Assembly (NCBI GenBank): GCA_004431415.1
Contig: QPMI01000437.1
Coordinates: 346,245 to 410,244, forward strand
Source: Cyanophora paradoxa CCMP329
Taxonomy: Eukaryota > Plantae > Glaucophyta
Length of the DNA: 64,000 nt
Reading direction: 5' to 3'
The translations under genes were made by a program, and so were the position numbers. This document shows, in pieces, positions 20,605 through 31,660 of this stretch; the stretch's first letter is position 1, and every line of letters starts with the position of its first letter. The notes beneath the pieces are model-generated. The model was given only the letters and a program-made list of their open reading frames with translations, searched no databases and was not told where the DNA came from.

Positions 20605-21480
20605 ATGGGTGAATATAATCGAGTTCAACTGCCTATATATTCCCTTGGATCCCCTGCAATGCATTTTCGCCAGCATGAAGTAAATGATGAGGTTCGTGGT
20701 TTAGAATCCACAGAGAGACCCAATTCCAATGGCAACTCCTTTGATAAAAATTCGATTATTCGAGTTAAAGAGCTGAGAGCTGATAAGAATTCTGGTGTGG
20801 TTAAAACAACTCGACTTCTTGTCACAAATGCTAACTTTTTCCAGCCTACCAATGGAGGTCCTGATGCTTACAGTGTTGATCTGAAAGCCCTTGATTTCGA
20901 TAAGAATTCTGCTGCTGTAACTGTGAGATCAGGAGGAGCATTTATTGGTGGTGGCTGCAGAGTTTCAGGTCAGCTATCTTCATCTGTTTCCTACAATGAT
21001 GTCCCAGATACTCTCGAACAAAATGTGGAGAACCCACAACGAATTCGTTTCTACACACCTGTTGCACAGCAACCTTTTTTGCATTTCTATGTTGCATCCT
21101 CTGTAACTCTTGAGAATTCGGAATTAGTTTCCATTACAGGAACTGATCGAGTAAGAAGAAATATTCCTCTTCCCACTGCAATGCTTTCCATGTGTAGAGC
21201 CAATAATAATCAACCAGGACACAACTACTTATTCTTTGTTCAAGCTTCGAACCATTTTGGCAGAGGATATTGTGTTTATAACAATTTGACATTTACCTAT
21301 GATCTGTTTGTCACTGAGGTTGGAGTATACAATACTATGATTATGGGACTGAGAACAGATATAGCAGCTGTATCAGCACTTCGTGGGGTAAATGTTGCTG
21401 ATATATTCACAACAGGATTTTACCAAGAATTAGATGTAATTGATGACCCAACCCATAAAAGATATATCCCTTTAATGTAA
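20605..21480 (+). CDS. Virion accessory family protein A (shared STE..NSF..RxKELRxDKN..GGAxIG domain)
   Basis: MGEYNRVQLPIYSLGSPA nearly identical to the start of 50672-51518. Confidence 0.75.
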   Translation: MGEYNRVQLPIYSLGSPAMHFRQHEVNDEVRGLESTERPNSNGNSFDKNSIIRVKELRADKNSGVVKTTRLLVTNANFFQPTNGGPDAYSVDLKALDFDKNSAAVTVRSGGAFIGGGCRVSGQLSSSVSYNDVPDTLEQNVENPQRIRFYTPVAQQPFLHFYVASSVTLENSELVSITGTDRVRRNIPLPTAMLSMCRANNNQPGHNYLFFVQASNHFGRGYCVYNNLTFTYDLFVTEVGVYNTMIMGLRTDIAAVSALRGVNVADIFTTGFYQELDVIDDPTHKRYIPLM

Positions 21481-21481
21481 A

Positions 21482-22314
21482 ATGGCTGAGCAACCCCACT
21501 TGAACGAATTATTACACCTCAACTATCATTAGCTGCCCCAGCAAACCATGTTTTACAGCATGCTACTTTTGATGATGTAGAGGGTCTCCAATCAACAGAG
21601 GTCCAACCTACAATGAACACCTTTGGTTCCACCCATAAACTGAGATTACAGGAACTCAGATGTGATAAAAATAATGGAATAGTTAAGACAACTAAGCTAC
21701 TTGTTACCAATGCAAACTTTTCTGCTCATTATGGAGACCCAGATAGCTATGGAGATCCTCTTTCTACTTATTCTTTTGAATCTAGGTCGGGAGCTATTAA
21801 CTGCAAATCGGGGGGAGCTTATATTGGTGATGGTCTTAGGGTTGGTGGGGCTGTTGGAGCGCCTCTATTTGTGAATGATCAACCCAATCCCATTGATCCC
21901 AACACAAGAATTCGAACCTATGTCCCCAGCATGAATGCCCCCTATATAATCAAGATATTCCCCATTGTTGTAAATGAACAAACAGCAGTAGTAGATTCTC
22001 TTGTTGAGATTGGTGACCACTACAAGGTAGTTGTGGATATTCCACCAGATGTTTATGCTGTATGTCAAGTGGAGGGTGGAACTCCTAATTTTGCAGTTGT
22101 GATCACCCCATATGATAATTTCGGAATTGCTTATCATGGAGTCAATTTCGGTTTGGAAGACTATCAGTTTCTTGTGAGAGCCACCAAGTTTGGTATCTAC
22201 AAGTGTGTGATGTTTGCAGAGAGAACCGATTTTATTGCAAAGCAGAATACCTATGCTGAATACTATGGGACAAATCGATATTTTCCCATTTTTGGGCAGG
22301 ATACTGCTCCATAA
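21482..22314 (+). CDS. Virion accessory family protein B; frameshift near 21497
   Basis: ATG 21482 then shifted frame ERIITPQLSLAAPANHVLQHA matches 52119 (ERIVVPTLTLAAPVNHVLQHA); ELRCDKNNGIVKTT. Confidence 0.75.
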
Positions 22315-22336
22315 GAATATTGGTTATATATAGAGT

Positions 22337-22609
22337 ATGGATAGTAAAACAAAAAAGTTTATTGATGCTGCTATGACAGTTCATGGTAAAGATAAATTCG
22401 ATTACAGTGAGACACATTACATCAAAGCTCAAGAGAAAGTATCTGTGAGATGTTTGCAGTGTAATAAAGTGATCCTTACCTATCCCTTTAATCATGTGAA
22501 GGGATCAGGTTGTAGGGAATGCAACAAAAAGCATTCTCAGGCTTACAGGAAAAGGGCTACTTCATCAATCAAAGTAGAGTACAGGGATATTTGCATTAGG
22601 TTCGATTAG
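22337..22609 (+). CDS. Stand-alone DUF723-like Zn-ribbon protein
   Basis: KFIDAAMTVHGKDKFDYS..VSVRCLQC..HVKGSGCREC: a single copy of the repeat found in 8546-9475, without the nuclease domain. Confidence 0.7.
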   Translation: MDSKTKKFIDAAMTVHGKDKFDYSETHYIKAQEKVSVRCLQCNKVILTYPFNHVKGSGCRECNKKHSQAYRKRATSSIKVEYRDICIRFD

Positions 22610-22638
22610 GATTAATTAATTTTTCTAAGGTATTCTTA

Positions 22639-23037
22639 ATGGAGACTAAATACAGAGGCTTTCATGTAATGCTTGATTACAAGGCTAAAACAGCTATAGC
22701 AACAGGTTATGAGCATGTTAGCTTCCTAGGTAATTGGATTATGGGAACCCTTGAACAAGCAGTATTGAGACAAGGTATTAGGATTGTTCATAAGCATTGT
22801 GAGATATTTGATGGCAAACTATCACCTCCTGGTTTTGCATTGGTTCTGCTATTAGATGAAAGCCATTGCACAGCTCATTGTTATTCCAATGAAGGCATGT
22901 TAGCAATTGATATATTCAGTTGTGGTAAAGAAGCTCAGCATAAAACACAAGCAGTTGCAGATGAGATCGATAAAACAATGAATTTCCTCACATTTGAGAA
23001 GACTGAGAGACATAAACATGATAGATTCCCGTTTTGA
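22639..23037 (+). CDS. speD: S-adenosylmethionine decarboxylase proenzyme (prokaryotic-type pyruvoyl enzyme)
   Basis: GFHVMLD, PPGFALVLLLDESHCTAHCY (E/S self-cleavage motif ESH), AIDIFSCG; 132 aa. Confidence 0.88.
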   Translation: METKYRGFHVMLDYKAKTAIATGYEHVSFLGNWIMGTLEQAVLRQGIRIVHKHCEIFDGKLSPPGFALVLLLDESHCTAHCYSNEGMLAIDIFSCGKEAQHKTQAVADEIDKTMNFLTFEKTERHKHDRFPF

Positions 23038-23411
23038 TAGGTTTATATAATGATAATCAGGGTAATTTACCTTTTTTATTACAAAAGCTTTCTACAATGA
23101 TTATTTTCCGGATTCCGGTCATTCTTTACGATAGAAATTCTACTGTATGATGTAGCCGAAATATGAATGCACCCTACATTAAGCAATGTCAAATAATTAG
23201 AATAATGTTCGATTTCCTTACACTAAAACCTCAGCATCTGCCCTAGATTCCCCCTATAATTAAAGTGGAATCAAGGTTGACTCATATTAATCGATAGTAT
23301 ATGGATTTTGTTACGAATTCAATGCAAGGGTTGACTAAGTGGGTTGAGTTGACTCAAATTTCACAGGAAATAACAATGAATCAGAGTATAAATGCATTTT
23401 TTGAGTCAACT

Positions 23412-23675
23412 ACACCAACTAACACTGAGAAAGTAGAAGATATCATATAGTATTACCATATATGGTTTGTCAGGCACTATAATATAGTTGTCAGGCAGTA
23501 ATATAGTATGTCAGGCATTGTCAGGCACCTTTTTAGAAAACTTTTATAAAATTGAAATTTCATTGTTAATCCAAACAATGACTTAGCCAAAATAAAATAC
23601 TTTATGAAAATCGATAGATTTAATGCCTGACAAATAAATGCTGCCTGAAAGATTTAACACCAACTAACACTGAGA
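23412..23675. repeat. TGTCAGGCA iteron-like module, copy C, flanked by 19-bp direct repeats
   Basis: TGTCAGGCA at 23468, 23489, 23509, 23519; inverse at 23624 and 23642 (variant); ACACCAACTAACACTGAGA at 23412-23430 and 23657-23675. Confidence 0.88.
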
Positions 23676-23712
23676 TTTTCACAATATATGAGGTCCTTAC
23701 TGAATATGGTAT

Positions 23713-23814
23713 GTGTCACAGGTGTCACAGGTCTATCCCGTGGATTTTAAAAATCAATTTCTCACTAGGACTTTCCTTGGGATTGACCTGTGACACCTGT
23801 GACACCTGTGACAC
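23713..23814. repeat. Second iteron-like inverted array (TGTCACAGG x2 / CCTGTGACA x3)
   Basis: GTGTCACAGGTGTCACAGG at 23713-23731; CCTGTGACA at 23787, 23796, 23805. Confidence 0.85.
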
Positions 23815-24057
23815 CCAATTTTCTAAGGGTCCCCCCTTAGACTCAACAAAACAATGATAAAATCATATAAGTTTCATGTATAATTACGATTGAATTCAAT
23901 AAGAGATCGATTTATTAATATAAACAAATGAATCATTTATGGATCTTAATCGAGTTTAGCGATATATTTCCGATTAAATGAATTAAATTTAATTAAATTT
24001 AATCGAGAAAGTACATGAATATAATATCGATTAAATCAATTACCTTTTAGACCAATC

Positions 24058-24340
24058 ACACATAGTAAAATGCGGAGTTTTAACCAGAGGCAAGATCTAA
24101 TTGAGATTCAGTTATATTATTCGGAAATATATACAGATTATCGATTGACTCAGTAAGACTAATCGGAAAATAAGAGAAATTTACGATAAAATATCGAAAA
24201 GAATACAAAATAATCGAAATAATTGAATATTCGATAAGATATACACAGATTATCGATTGATTGAAATAGAATATACGAGATATATCAACAAAATCAATTA
24301 AGATAAGCCGAGGGTTAAAACTCCGCATTTTACTATGTGT
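24058..24340. repeat. Perfect 28-bp inverted repeat at the element-1/host junction
   Basis: ACACATAGTAAAATGCGGAGTTTTAACC (24058-24085) and its reverse complement (24313-24340) around a very AT-rich spacer. Confidence 0.9.
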
Positions 24341-27300
24341 TTGCAATCGGCGCGGGCGCTGTCGGGGACGGTCCCGTTGGGGCAGCGGGTCGGAGAAGAC
24401 GCCCCGGAGGGCGCCACGGTGCCCGGAGGCACGGCCTCGCACGTCGGCATACCCTCCGCCCGGTACGTCCCTGCCATGTTATATATAATTAATATGAATG
24501 TTATGAGTCCTGAAAACGTGATGTAGATGGAGCTCAGTTTGATTTCTCACCGGTGGGGCACTGCAAGCAGAGCCTGCCATCCGATGCTGCCGCTTCGCCT
24601 GCGGCGCACGGCGTGCAGTTGGCCGCGCCCTCAATCGGAGCCACCCAGTTGTTGGGGCACGGCGAGCACTGAAGGCACGTTAAGCTTGAAGACGAATCGA
24701 GAAGGCGCAATCCAATCTCAAGTTCAGAGCGTGCACGTACCTCTCCTTCACGATCGGGTTTCTCGTACGTTCCAGGGCTGCATCTCACGCACTGTTTTCT
24801 CTCAAGAGAGCTGATTTCTCCCGGGGGACACTTGGCGCAAGAGTCGCCTCTGGGAGAAGCGTAGTCCGTGCCGCACGTGACGCATTCGCCGTCGACAACG
24901 CTCGAACCGGGCCGGCACGTTTCGCAGCCGTCCTGCTCTGCCGTCGACAGCTGGTCCTGCGCAAGTGCAGGTGGGAATATCAGTTGTGTGGGAAGCGTGC
25001 GGATATCTGTGGACGGGAAATAAATGATTGACCGCGGGGCACGTCGAACAAGGCCCGGCGCCCGAAAGTCCCCTCGAGAGAGTATTGACCCGGCGGACAC
25101 CTGCGCCATACAATAAGCATCCGTCGCGCGAAGGCAGAATGGAAAGAGCGTCGAGTTCAAAGCGCACGGCGTGCAGGGGCTAAAAGCAGAGGGCTGGTGG
25201 TAGCCCGCCGCGCAGGGTACGCATGCGGTCCTCGCCAGATTCGGGTACTCCCCAGCTGGGCCTGGAGCGGGCCATCAGCTTTAGATACTAAATATTCTAC
25301 GATACGATCAGATAAGCTGCCGTGCGTACTGTGCGCCACAACGTTAAACATTGCGCTTCATTCGCTTAGACGGGGCAGCACTGTACCTGATTTGGAGGGC
25401 ACATAAGGCATGTAGACGCCCTGGGCTGTGCAAGGTACGTGCCCGCTACGCAGGAGTAACACGCTGACCGGGCGTCAGACATCGCAGAAATGAAACAAAA
25501 ATGCTCGCGCTCACCGAAAGCGGAGCCATCCATGACGGTGAATTTGTTCGGCGCGCAGGGGGTACACGGCATCCCGTCCTCCGTCGAGTACGTGTGCTGG
25601 GGACAGTCTGGAGAGGCGTGCCGTCGTGAGCGCGCAGCTGAAACAAGCGCGAAACGAGGGCGACGGGAGTCGGATTCGAACCGTAGCAGGTAGCGGAGCC
25701 GGTGTTCGAGCCCGTGCCTTTGGTGCAGGGGAGGCAGGCGACGGCGCCAGGCGGGCTGTAGGAACCGGCGGGGCATCTGCAAGATAGCGAGAGAATTTGA
25801 ATTTGATACCGCCGCCGTCCGACGGACACTCAAGTGAAGCGAAGCGGAAATGAATAAAGAAGCGGCGCACTCGTCAGCGTCCTCGTCGAGAAGCAGTCCC
25901 GCCTTGGAGGATGCCCGACCTGGTTGCAAGCGAATCGCGTCACGCACAGAAATGAAACGGCTATAGCTGACCCGTTTGTGCTCGGACGCACCGGCTGGCA
26001 GAGGGACACACAAGTCCACGCTGTTCGCAGAGCTGCTGAACACCGCAGCCTGCAACGGAGGGTTTGAAAGAATAAAAAATGAATTTGCGGACAACGAGGT
26101 TTTCGCGGCAACCTCATGATTCCAGCGTTGTCCGGGAGAGCACCCCGTGTGGAGCTTGATTATTGTGATGGGATCGGAAACGATGAACACGATCTGCGAG
26201 CGTGCATCGGCGCGCGCTTTGCAGGAAACTTCCGAGTTGTACATCGCGACTGGCGAACCCATGGCAGCTCCGCGAACGTGGCGTTTCGATCTGCATCGAA
26301 CATGCGCCCGGAAGAGTAGTCGTCCACGACCATTGCACTGCGAGAATACCAGAATCGTTAGGCGGCAACGTTAATGCGCAGATCGGATCATGGTCATACG
26401 CATGAAAGAATTTAAATGAACCTTAGCACATTGGCTGGAAAGTCCGGTACGAGAACGCTGAACGCGACGCTGGCATTGTTAAAAGAGGCTCCGTCGACGC
26501 CTGCCAGGCGCAGGAGGCGGGAGGCGGGGGCCCGCTCGCTCTGGCGGCCCATGCGCTTCGAGTGGATGAAGCGCGGCCGCCGCGAGTCCGCAGCAAAGGC
26601 GAAGACGCGCGTGTTCGTCGAGGTGTGGACCTACACACGCACACGCGCAAGATACCACTTAATATTAGACTTTGACAGATCTAGACACTCTTGACGGACC
26701 TCCTGTACGATGAAGAGAACGCCGTCCTTGTACACAGCGGCGGCCACGCTCGTCCAATCGCTCCGCGATCCCGTCCACCCGGTGGAACCGTAGATCCGCA
26801 CCTCGCCGTCCACGGCGCCCGCCATGCCGCTCCGGTAGCTGTCCGGCTTGGCCAGGCGGACGACCCGATCGCCCGTGACGTAGAAGGCGTAGCGCCCGTT
26901 CGGCGGATCCACGAGGCGCCCTTCCAAGTACTGCGCATGCCCCAGAGCGTTTCAAACTCGCTGTGAAGTACAAGGGCAAGGCAACAGCACATCCTCGGGG
27001 CGCACCCCGTAGCCCGAGCCAGCGTGCAGGGGCCGTTCGTTTTGGACCTGCGCGCGGGTCGCAGATGAGGAGCGGTCTTGGCTGCAGTTATCGTCATTAC
27101 GTAAGCGAGGTCCAGACGCAGTGATATTCGAACAAAATCCAGCTCGACATCAGGCTTTACATTAGCCAAGCAATTATATATAATTAGATGCGCACGATCC
27201 AGTGGTCGGCCAGCGGTAGCGTATCAGTGCGGAGGATCCGCGGGGCCGAGTGGACGACGACGCCCGTGCGATACTTGTTTCCCGGGGCCCGCGCGGGCTT

Positions 27301-30300
27301 CTCAGTGAACGACGACGGGTCGACAGCCCACGTCAGAGCCTGGAATAATTCACTCGGGCGTCACCGTTGAGCCCAGTAAGAATACATAACACGCCCAATT
27401 ACGCACGGCAGTAACGTGAACGATGGGAAGACTGGTGCAGACGCCCCCAAGCAAAGCCCCAGGGCACGCCGCCGTCGGAAACAACGGCAGGCGAACTATA
27501 GCGTGGTAGAGCAGAGGCCCGCCCTCTTCCACGCGTCCGTCCGCGCGCACCGCCTGCAGGGAAGCCCCGGGGGGGAACGAGTCCGCGAAGAAGGCGCCGC
27601 CGGCCTCGGGCCACGGGACCGACGGGTAGACGGATCTGGCCGTAGGCGAGTACTCGGCCGGATCCGGCGCAAGCGCCGTGAAGTTTAATTTCAGCAGGGC
27701 GACTCCGAAAGCGAGGGAGCAGGCTTTCAGAAGGGGCACAACCGCCGGACCGCCGCTTCCACGAAACCCAACGAAGCTGCCAAAGAACGCCGCCCCTCGG
27801 GCCCAGAACGGAACGAGCTGCTCCGATATATAAATGAGTATTTGGACGTCTTATTAGATGTGTTAATGGGTACCCGGGAATCTTGGAGCAGAAGACCCTG
27901 GAAGGGACCGAGATCGCTGTACGCGTGCGAGACGTCCGCTAGCGTCTCGTTCCCTTCGAGGGTCGGCGAAGACAGCTCCGCATCGTAAACTGAGTATCGT
28001 GATCATCAGCGACGAAGTGAAGGGTGGCATGGGCGTCTTCTTCGCGTTTAAAAGTTTCGCTGCGTACAATCCAGGCAGTCGGTGCCCTTGAATAAATCGA
28101 CGGGGCCTCCGAATCCGCTGCCGTCCGCGTAGATCGCGAGTTCGGGCTGCGCGAAGGTTCGTAGATTATAATCAGTTGGTTGCAGAGTGAAACTAGTGAG
28201 CCGGACCTGTACGTAGAAATGCCGCTGTCGATACTCTTCCGCATTGGCATTGCTCCCGGTCGGCTGCAGAATCAGGGCAAGGCCATCGTTGCTCATCGGT
28301 TGAATGAGCGGGGATCGAAGCCTATGTATAGGTGGGGCGCGTACATTGATGCGAGACAGGAAGAAATTGGAGAGCATGCCGCCCCACTCGTAGCTCTCTT
28401 GCGGGCTCCCGCCAAGCACGCCGGAGGCCTTGCGATTTGCAGAATCAGAATAAAGCAACGCCGTGGCTGGCTGTATATATACATCTCGCCGAGTCGCGCG
28501 GTTGAGACGCACGGTATCGTAGAAAAGGCGCTCGTAGGACGAGTGGAAGTGGCGGAAGTCGTGCCCGAAGGACGCTGCTTTCGTCATGAAGTCGTACGGC
28601 GAAGCTCCCGGGCACATCCCAGCAGCCGCAGGCCACTTCCGGGCGGGCCCAAACACGTCCGCCGAGCACGTCGAGAACGCGTATGCGCTCCACCGCTGCC
28701 AGGCGCACATGAATCAACGAATCTTTACTTGAAGCCTCGCTAGGTTACGTGCTCGCTAAGCAGGCTGTCACTAAATACATGGAATTCGAATGATACCTGA
28801 GGGGCAAAGGTAAGGCACGCGGAGCCAGAGCATTCCGTGGGAGCGCGGAGGACGCGCGCGGCGGCCGATCCGACCAGGCTCGAAGCCTCCGCATATGCAG
28901 TCCCCGACCATGTCCAGCTGTACTCGTACGCATCCAGATCCGCGGGTCCAAACCGCGCGTCGGGGTCCCTGGCCGGCCAGGGCGTGAAAGACGTGTGCGC
29001 AAAGTCCGTCGGCTGGACGCCGGCAAGAACCTGAGGCCGGCCTGATGTTGGCCGAGGAGGTAATGGAAATAAATTCACGTCCGGAATTTATGCGGGAGAG
29101 CGCAGACCGAGGCAAGAGGCAGGACGAAGCCGCAACGAGCTGCGTCGAGGTCGTACTCACAGTACACGTAACTCTGCAGTGCAGTCATGATCAGAGCACA
29201 GCACAGCGACGTGGACAGAAAAATGGATCCATCATCAAAATGTAAGATGATCTATTAAAATGGATCTATCTAGAACGGTGGATCTATCATCGATATCAAA
29301 AATGTGATATAGAGGCTCACCTCGGATGTCTTCAGCTTCACGATGAGAGCGACGCGGTAGCTCGCGGGGCGTCTTCCGAACGGGTAGTTGGCTAGAGGGG
29401 CCGCATATACAACCTGCACGGAAAATAAGCCAAGCAGATTTTTGAGAAGATTAATATTATCGCGGCCCGAAATTTGGCCATGGATCTCGAGGACTTGCCT
29501 GGCTACTTTCGGCAGTGGGAATGCCGACCCCGACGCGAAGAAAAGCATTGGCGGCTCCGGGGTCCTTCGAAGGCGTGAGTGCGCTCTCCGATGCTGCGGA
29601 ATCGCCCGCGGGGATCGTTAAAGTTGTGACGGCGGAGCGGCCTGAGGCTTCCCCTGAAGACGTCGATCCTTTTGCAGTGCTGCTCGCGATTGCGATCATG
29701 ATGCGACAAGATAAAACGCCGAGCTCGAGTATTTAATGTGCGAATAGTAATGAATTCGAACAGACCAGTTGAGCTCGTATGATCCGCCGAAAGGCATTTC
29801 AACGGGTAGATCGATTACAATGCTGCTCGCCGCGGGGTCATGGTCTGCCCCGTTGTACAGGTACGTGTACGGGCCCCCGAAGCCCTCGCAAGTAATGTCG
29901 CCCGTGGCGAGTTTGCCAAATTGAACGGTGAGTGAGACGGTGGACAATCCGTCGCTGGTTTCCGCCTTGGCGAGAAGGATCGTTGGCGGAACTGGCGGGC
30001 AGGCCAGGGAAACGTCTCCAACCAAAGTTCCATGCAATACATTCGGTCCGGTGTCTGCAAGGAAGAGGCCACCCGCGGAGTTCTGCAGGCAGGTAAGATT
30101 GAAATATGAATGCGCGTCCGTCAGAAGTGGCTTGGGCGCCAGTCAGGGTCGGCGCCGGCCTCGCTCACCGCACAAGACTCGATGTCAACTTTGTACTCCA
30201 AATGTTTTGGTATGTTGATACTGCCTATCTGGCCTGTGTACGCAAGCCAGGCATCGAGTACAACTGCAAAGCCCGTGTCGTCTTCGGAAAATGCTCCGTT

Positions 30301-31210
30301 CCAGATTCGGAAGCCGGATACGTAAACGTTGGCAATATACCCTTCAGTCTGCATTCACGCATAAAATGCGCATCGATCGCGCGATTATAAAAAAAAGAAA
30401 AGACTGCTAACCGGATTTACTACAGAATATGCGGAACGACCGATAAAATTCATTTGCCTGCGCATTGAATTTGAACATAAAATAATGAGACCAACTGAAA
30501 CGTTAGAGCGGTACCTGGTGAGGGTTGAAACATGCGTTGCCGGGAAGGTATACGTTTCGGTCAGAAGACCATTTCGGTAGGCTCGCACTTCAGTTGCAGT
30601 TACGACGATGGCAATGTGCGTAAAGAGGCCCCCTCGGAGACTGTTCCAATTCCTGAAAAGCACAAGATCGATGCGGGCACCGCTGGAGCCCAAAATAGTC
30701 ATGGTCATGCTTGCGCGCGTATTGCCGCCGCTACATGGGCAGGTCGCGATGGAGCACGGGCAGAATTTAATATACTGCGGCCTCCCGTAAGCATTGCATT
30801 TATTGCGGAAAACGAGATGATATTTCGATGAGAGAAGGGCGCGCAATGTAATCGGAAGGGTTGGTCCCTGGCGAGCCGTTGGCGGTGTCCCAAAAGCGCC
30901 ACTGGGTAGGCCTCGCCTGGCCCGGGACCAGTTCATGCTTCACCCACGCCTCGATCGTAAATGGCGGGCCCAGTTCGAGCCGCGGGGGTACGTTCACGTA
31001 GCGAACGGCGGTTTCACCGCCCGTCGTCCCGAAGAAGAGGCCTGCAGGGGAATCGAAGCTAAGCTCGACGTCTGCGAGCTTGAGCTCGCCGAGCAGGGGT
31101 AGGACTCACTGCTCGGCGGCTTAAATGTCGGGCACTGAACGACGACGTCACCCACAAGGCGTCCGTGCCTGATCGCGACGCCAAGGCAGGGGCAAGACGG
31201 GGGTAAGATC
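24341..31210 (-). CDS. Host multi-exon surface/secreted protein, middle part: LamG-like domain and Cys-rich (GCC2_GCC3/TNFR-like) repeats; exon borders not resolved
   Basis: Fragments FTIEAWVK, FTHIAIVVTATEVRAYRNG, CPAGSYSPPGAVACLPC, CAKCPPGEISSLERKQCVRCSPGTY, GMPTCEAVPPG..RCPNGTVPDSARADC; GC-rich with short introns. Confidence 0.6.
31205..31210 (+). repeat. Target-site duplication AAGATC (left)
   Basis: Identical hexamer at 53756-53761, immediately outside the other TIR. Confidence 0.95.
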
Positions 31211-31637
31211 TGTTGTATACGCATGGACCTCACACCCGGGCAATTCCGCTTCGCTCCATTGCCCCCGATTCCATGCGTTTCCAGTGTATACCTCCAGCCC
31301 CTCTTCAGTTAATTCACCTTGTACGTCTACGAGACTCAAATTCCCAGGTCTACCAGACTCGGGTCGGAGTCTTAACAAAGAAATATCTAACGACTATTCA
31401 GGGCAGAGCTGACAACTAGAATAGACGAAGAGGAGCGCTGCCCCCTTGAGCGCGGTCTGTAGAACAACGTGGCAGAATAGGCTAGGCGATATTAATGAGT
31501 ACAGAGAAGCTAAACGAGGAAACGTGTTAAGCTCTAGCTAGATGTAATTGATGTGTACAGAGAAGCTAAACGAGGAAAAAGCGTTAAGCTATAGCCGCAC
31601 GTAAGGACGGGCCCCCAGAGCGGTCTGCTGCGGCCTC
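31211..31637 (+). repeat. Left terminal inverted repeat (427 bp)
   Basis: Reverse complement of 53329-53755 with one mismatch seen near the inner end. Starts TGTTGTATAC; contains an internal direct repeat GTACAGAGAAGCTAAACGAGGAAA (~31499 and ~31555). Confidence 0.96.
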
Positions 31638-31660
31638 TGGAGATGTGTCGATGACTTTAC

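Larger units (their letters stand above)
1..24340. mobile_element. Endogenous Polinton-like virus, element 1 (left end beyond window)
   Basis: AT-rich, gene-dense block with no evident introns, carrying pPolB, primase-helicase, A32 ATPase, MCP, penton-like and fibre genes. Abrupt switch to GC-rich host exon sequence at 24340/24341. Confidence 0.9.

Noticed and set aside
24058-24340. Simple MITE inserted in the host exon
   Set aside because: No matching TSD directly flanks the repeats and the exon does not resume on the left side; kept only as an alternative explanation.
24341-31210. Dozens of overlapping 60-300 aa ORFs as separate genes
   Set aside because: Expected in GC-rich, intron-containing DNA; only Cys-rich and LamG-like fragments on the minus strand are coherent.
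31148-31419. ORFs of 68-87 aa duplicated at 53547-53817
   Set aside because: They are reading frames of the TIR in both orientations running into host flank, with non-ATG starts and no motifs.
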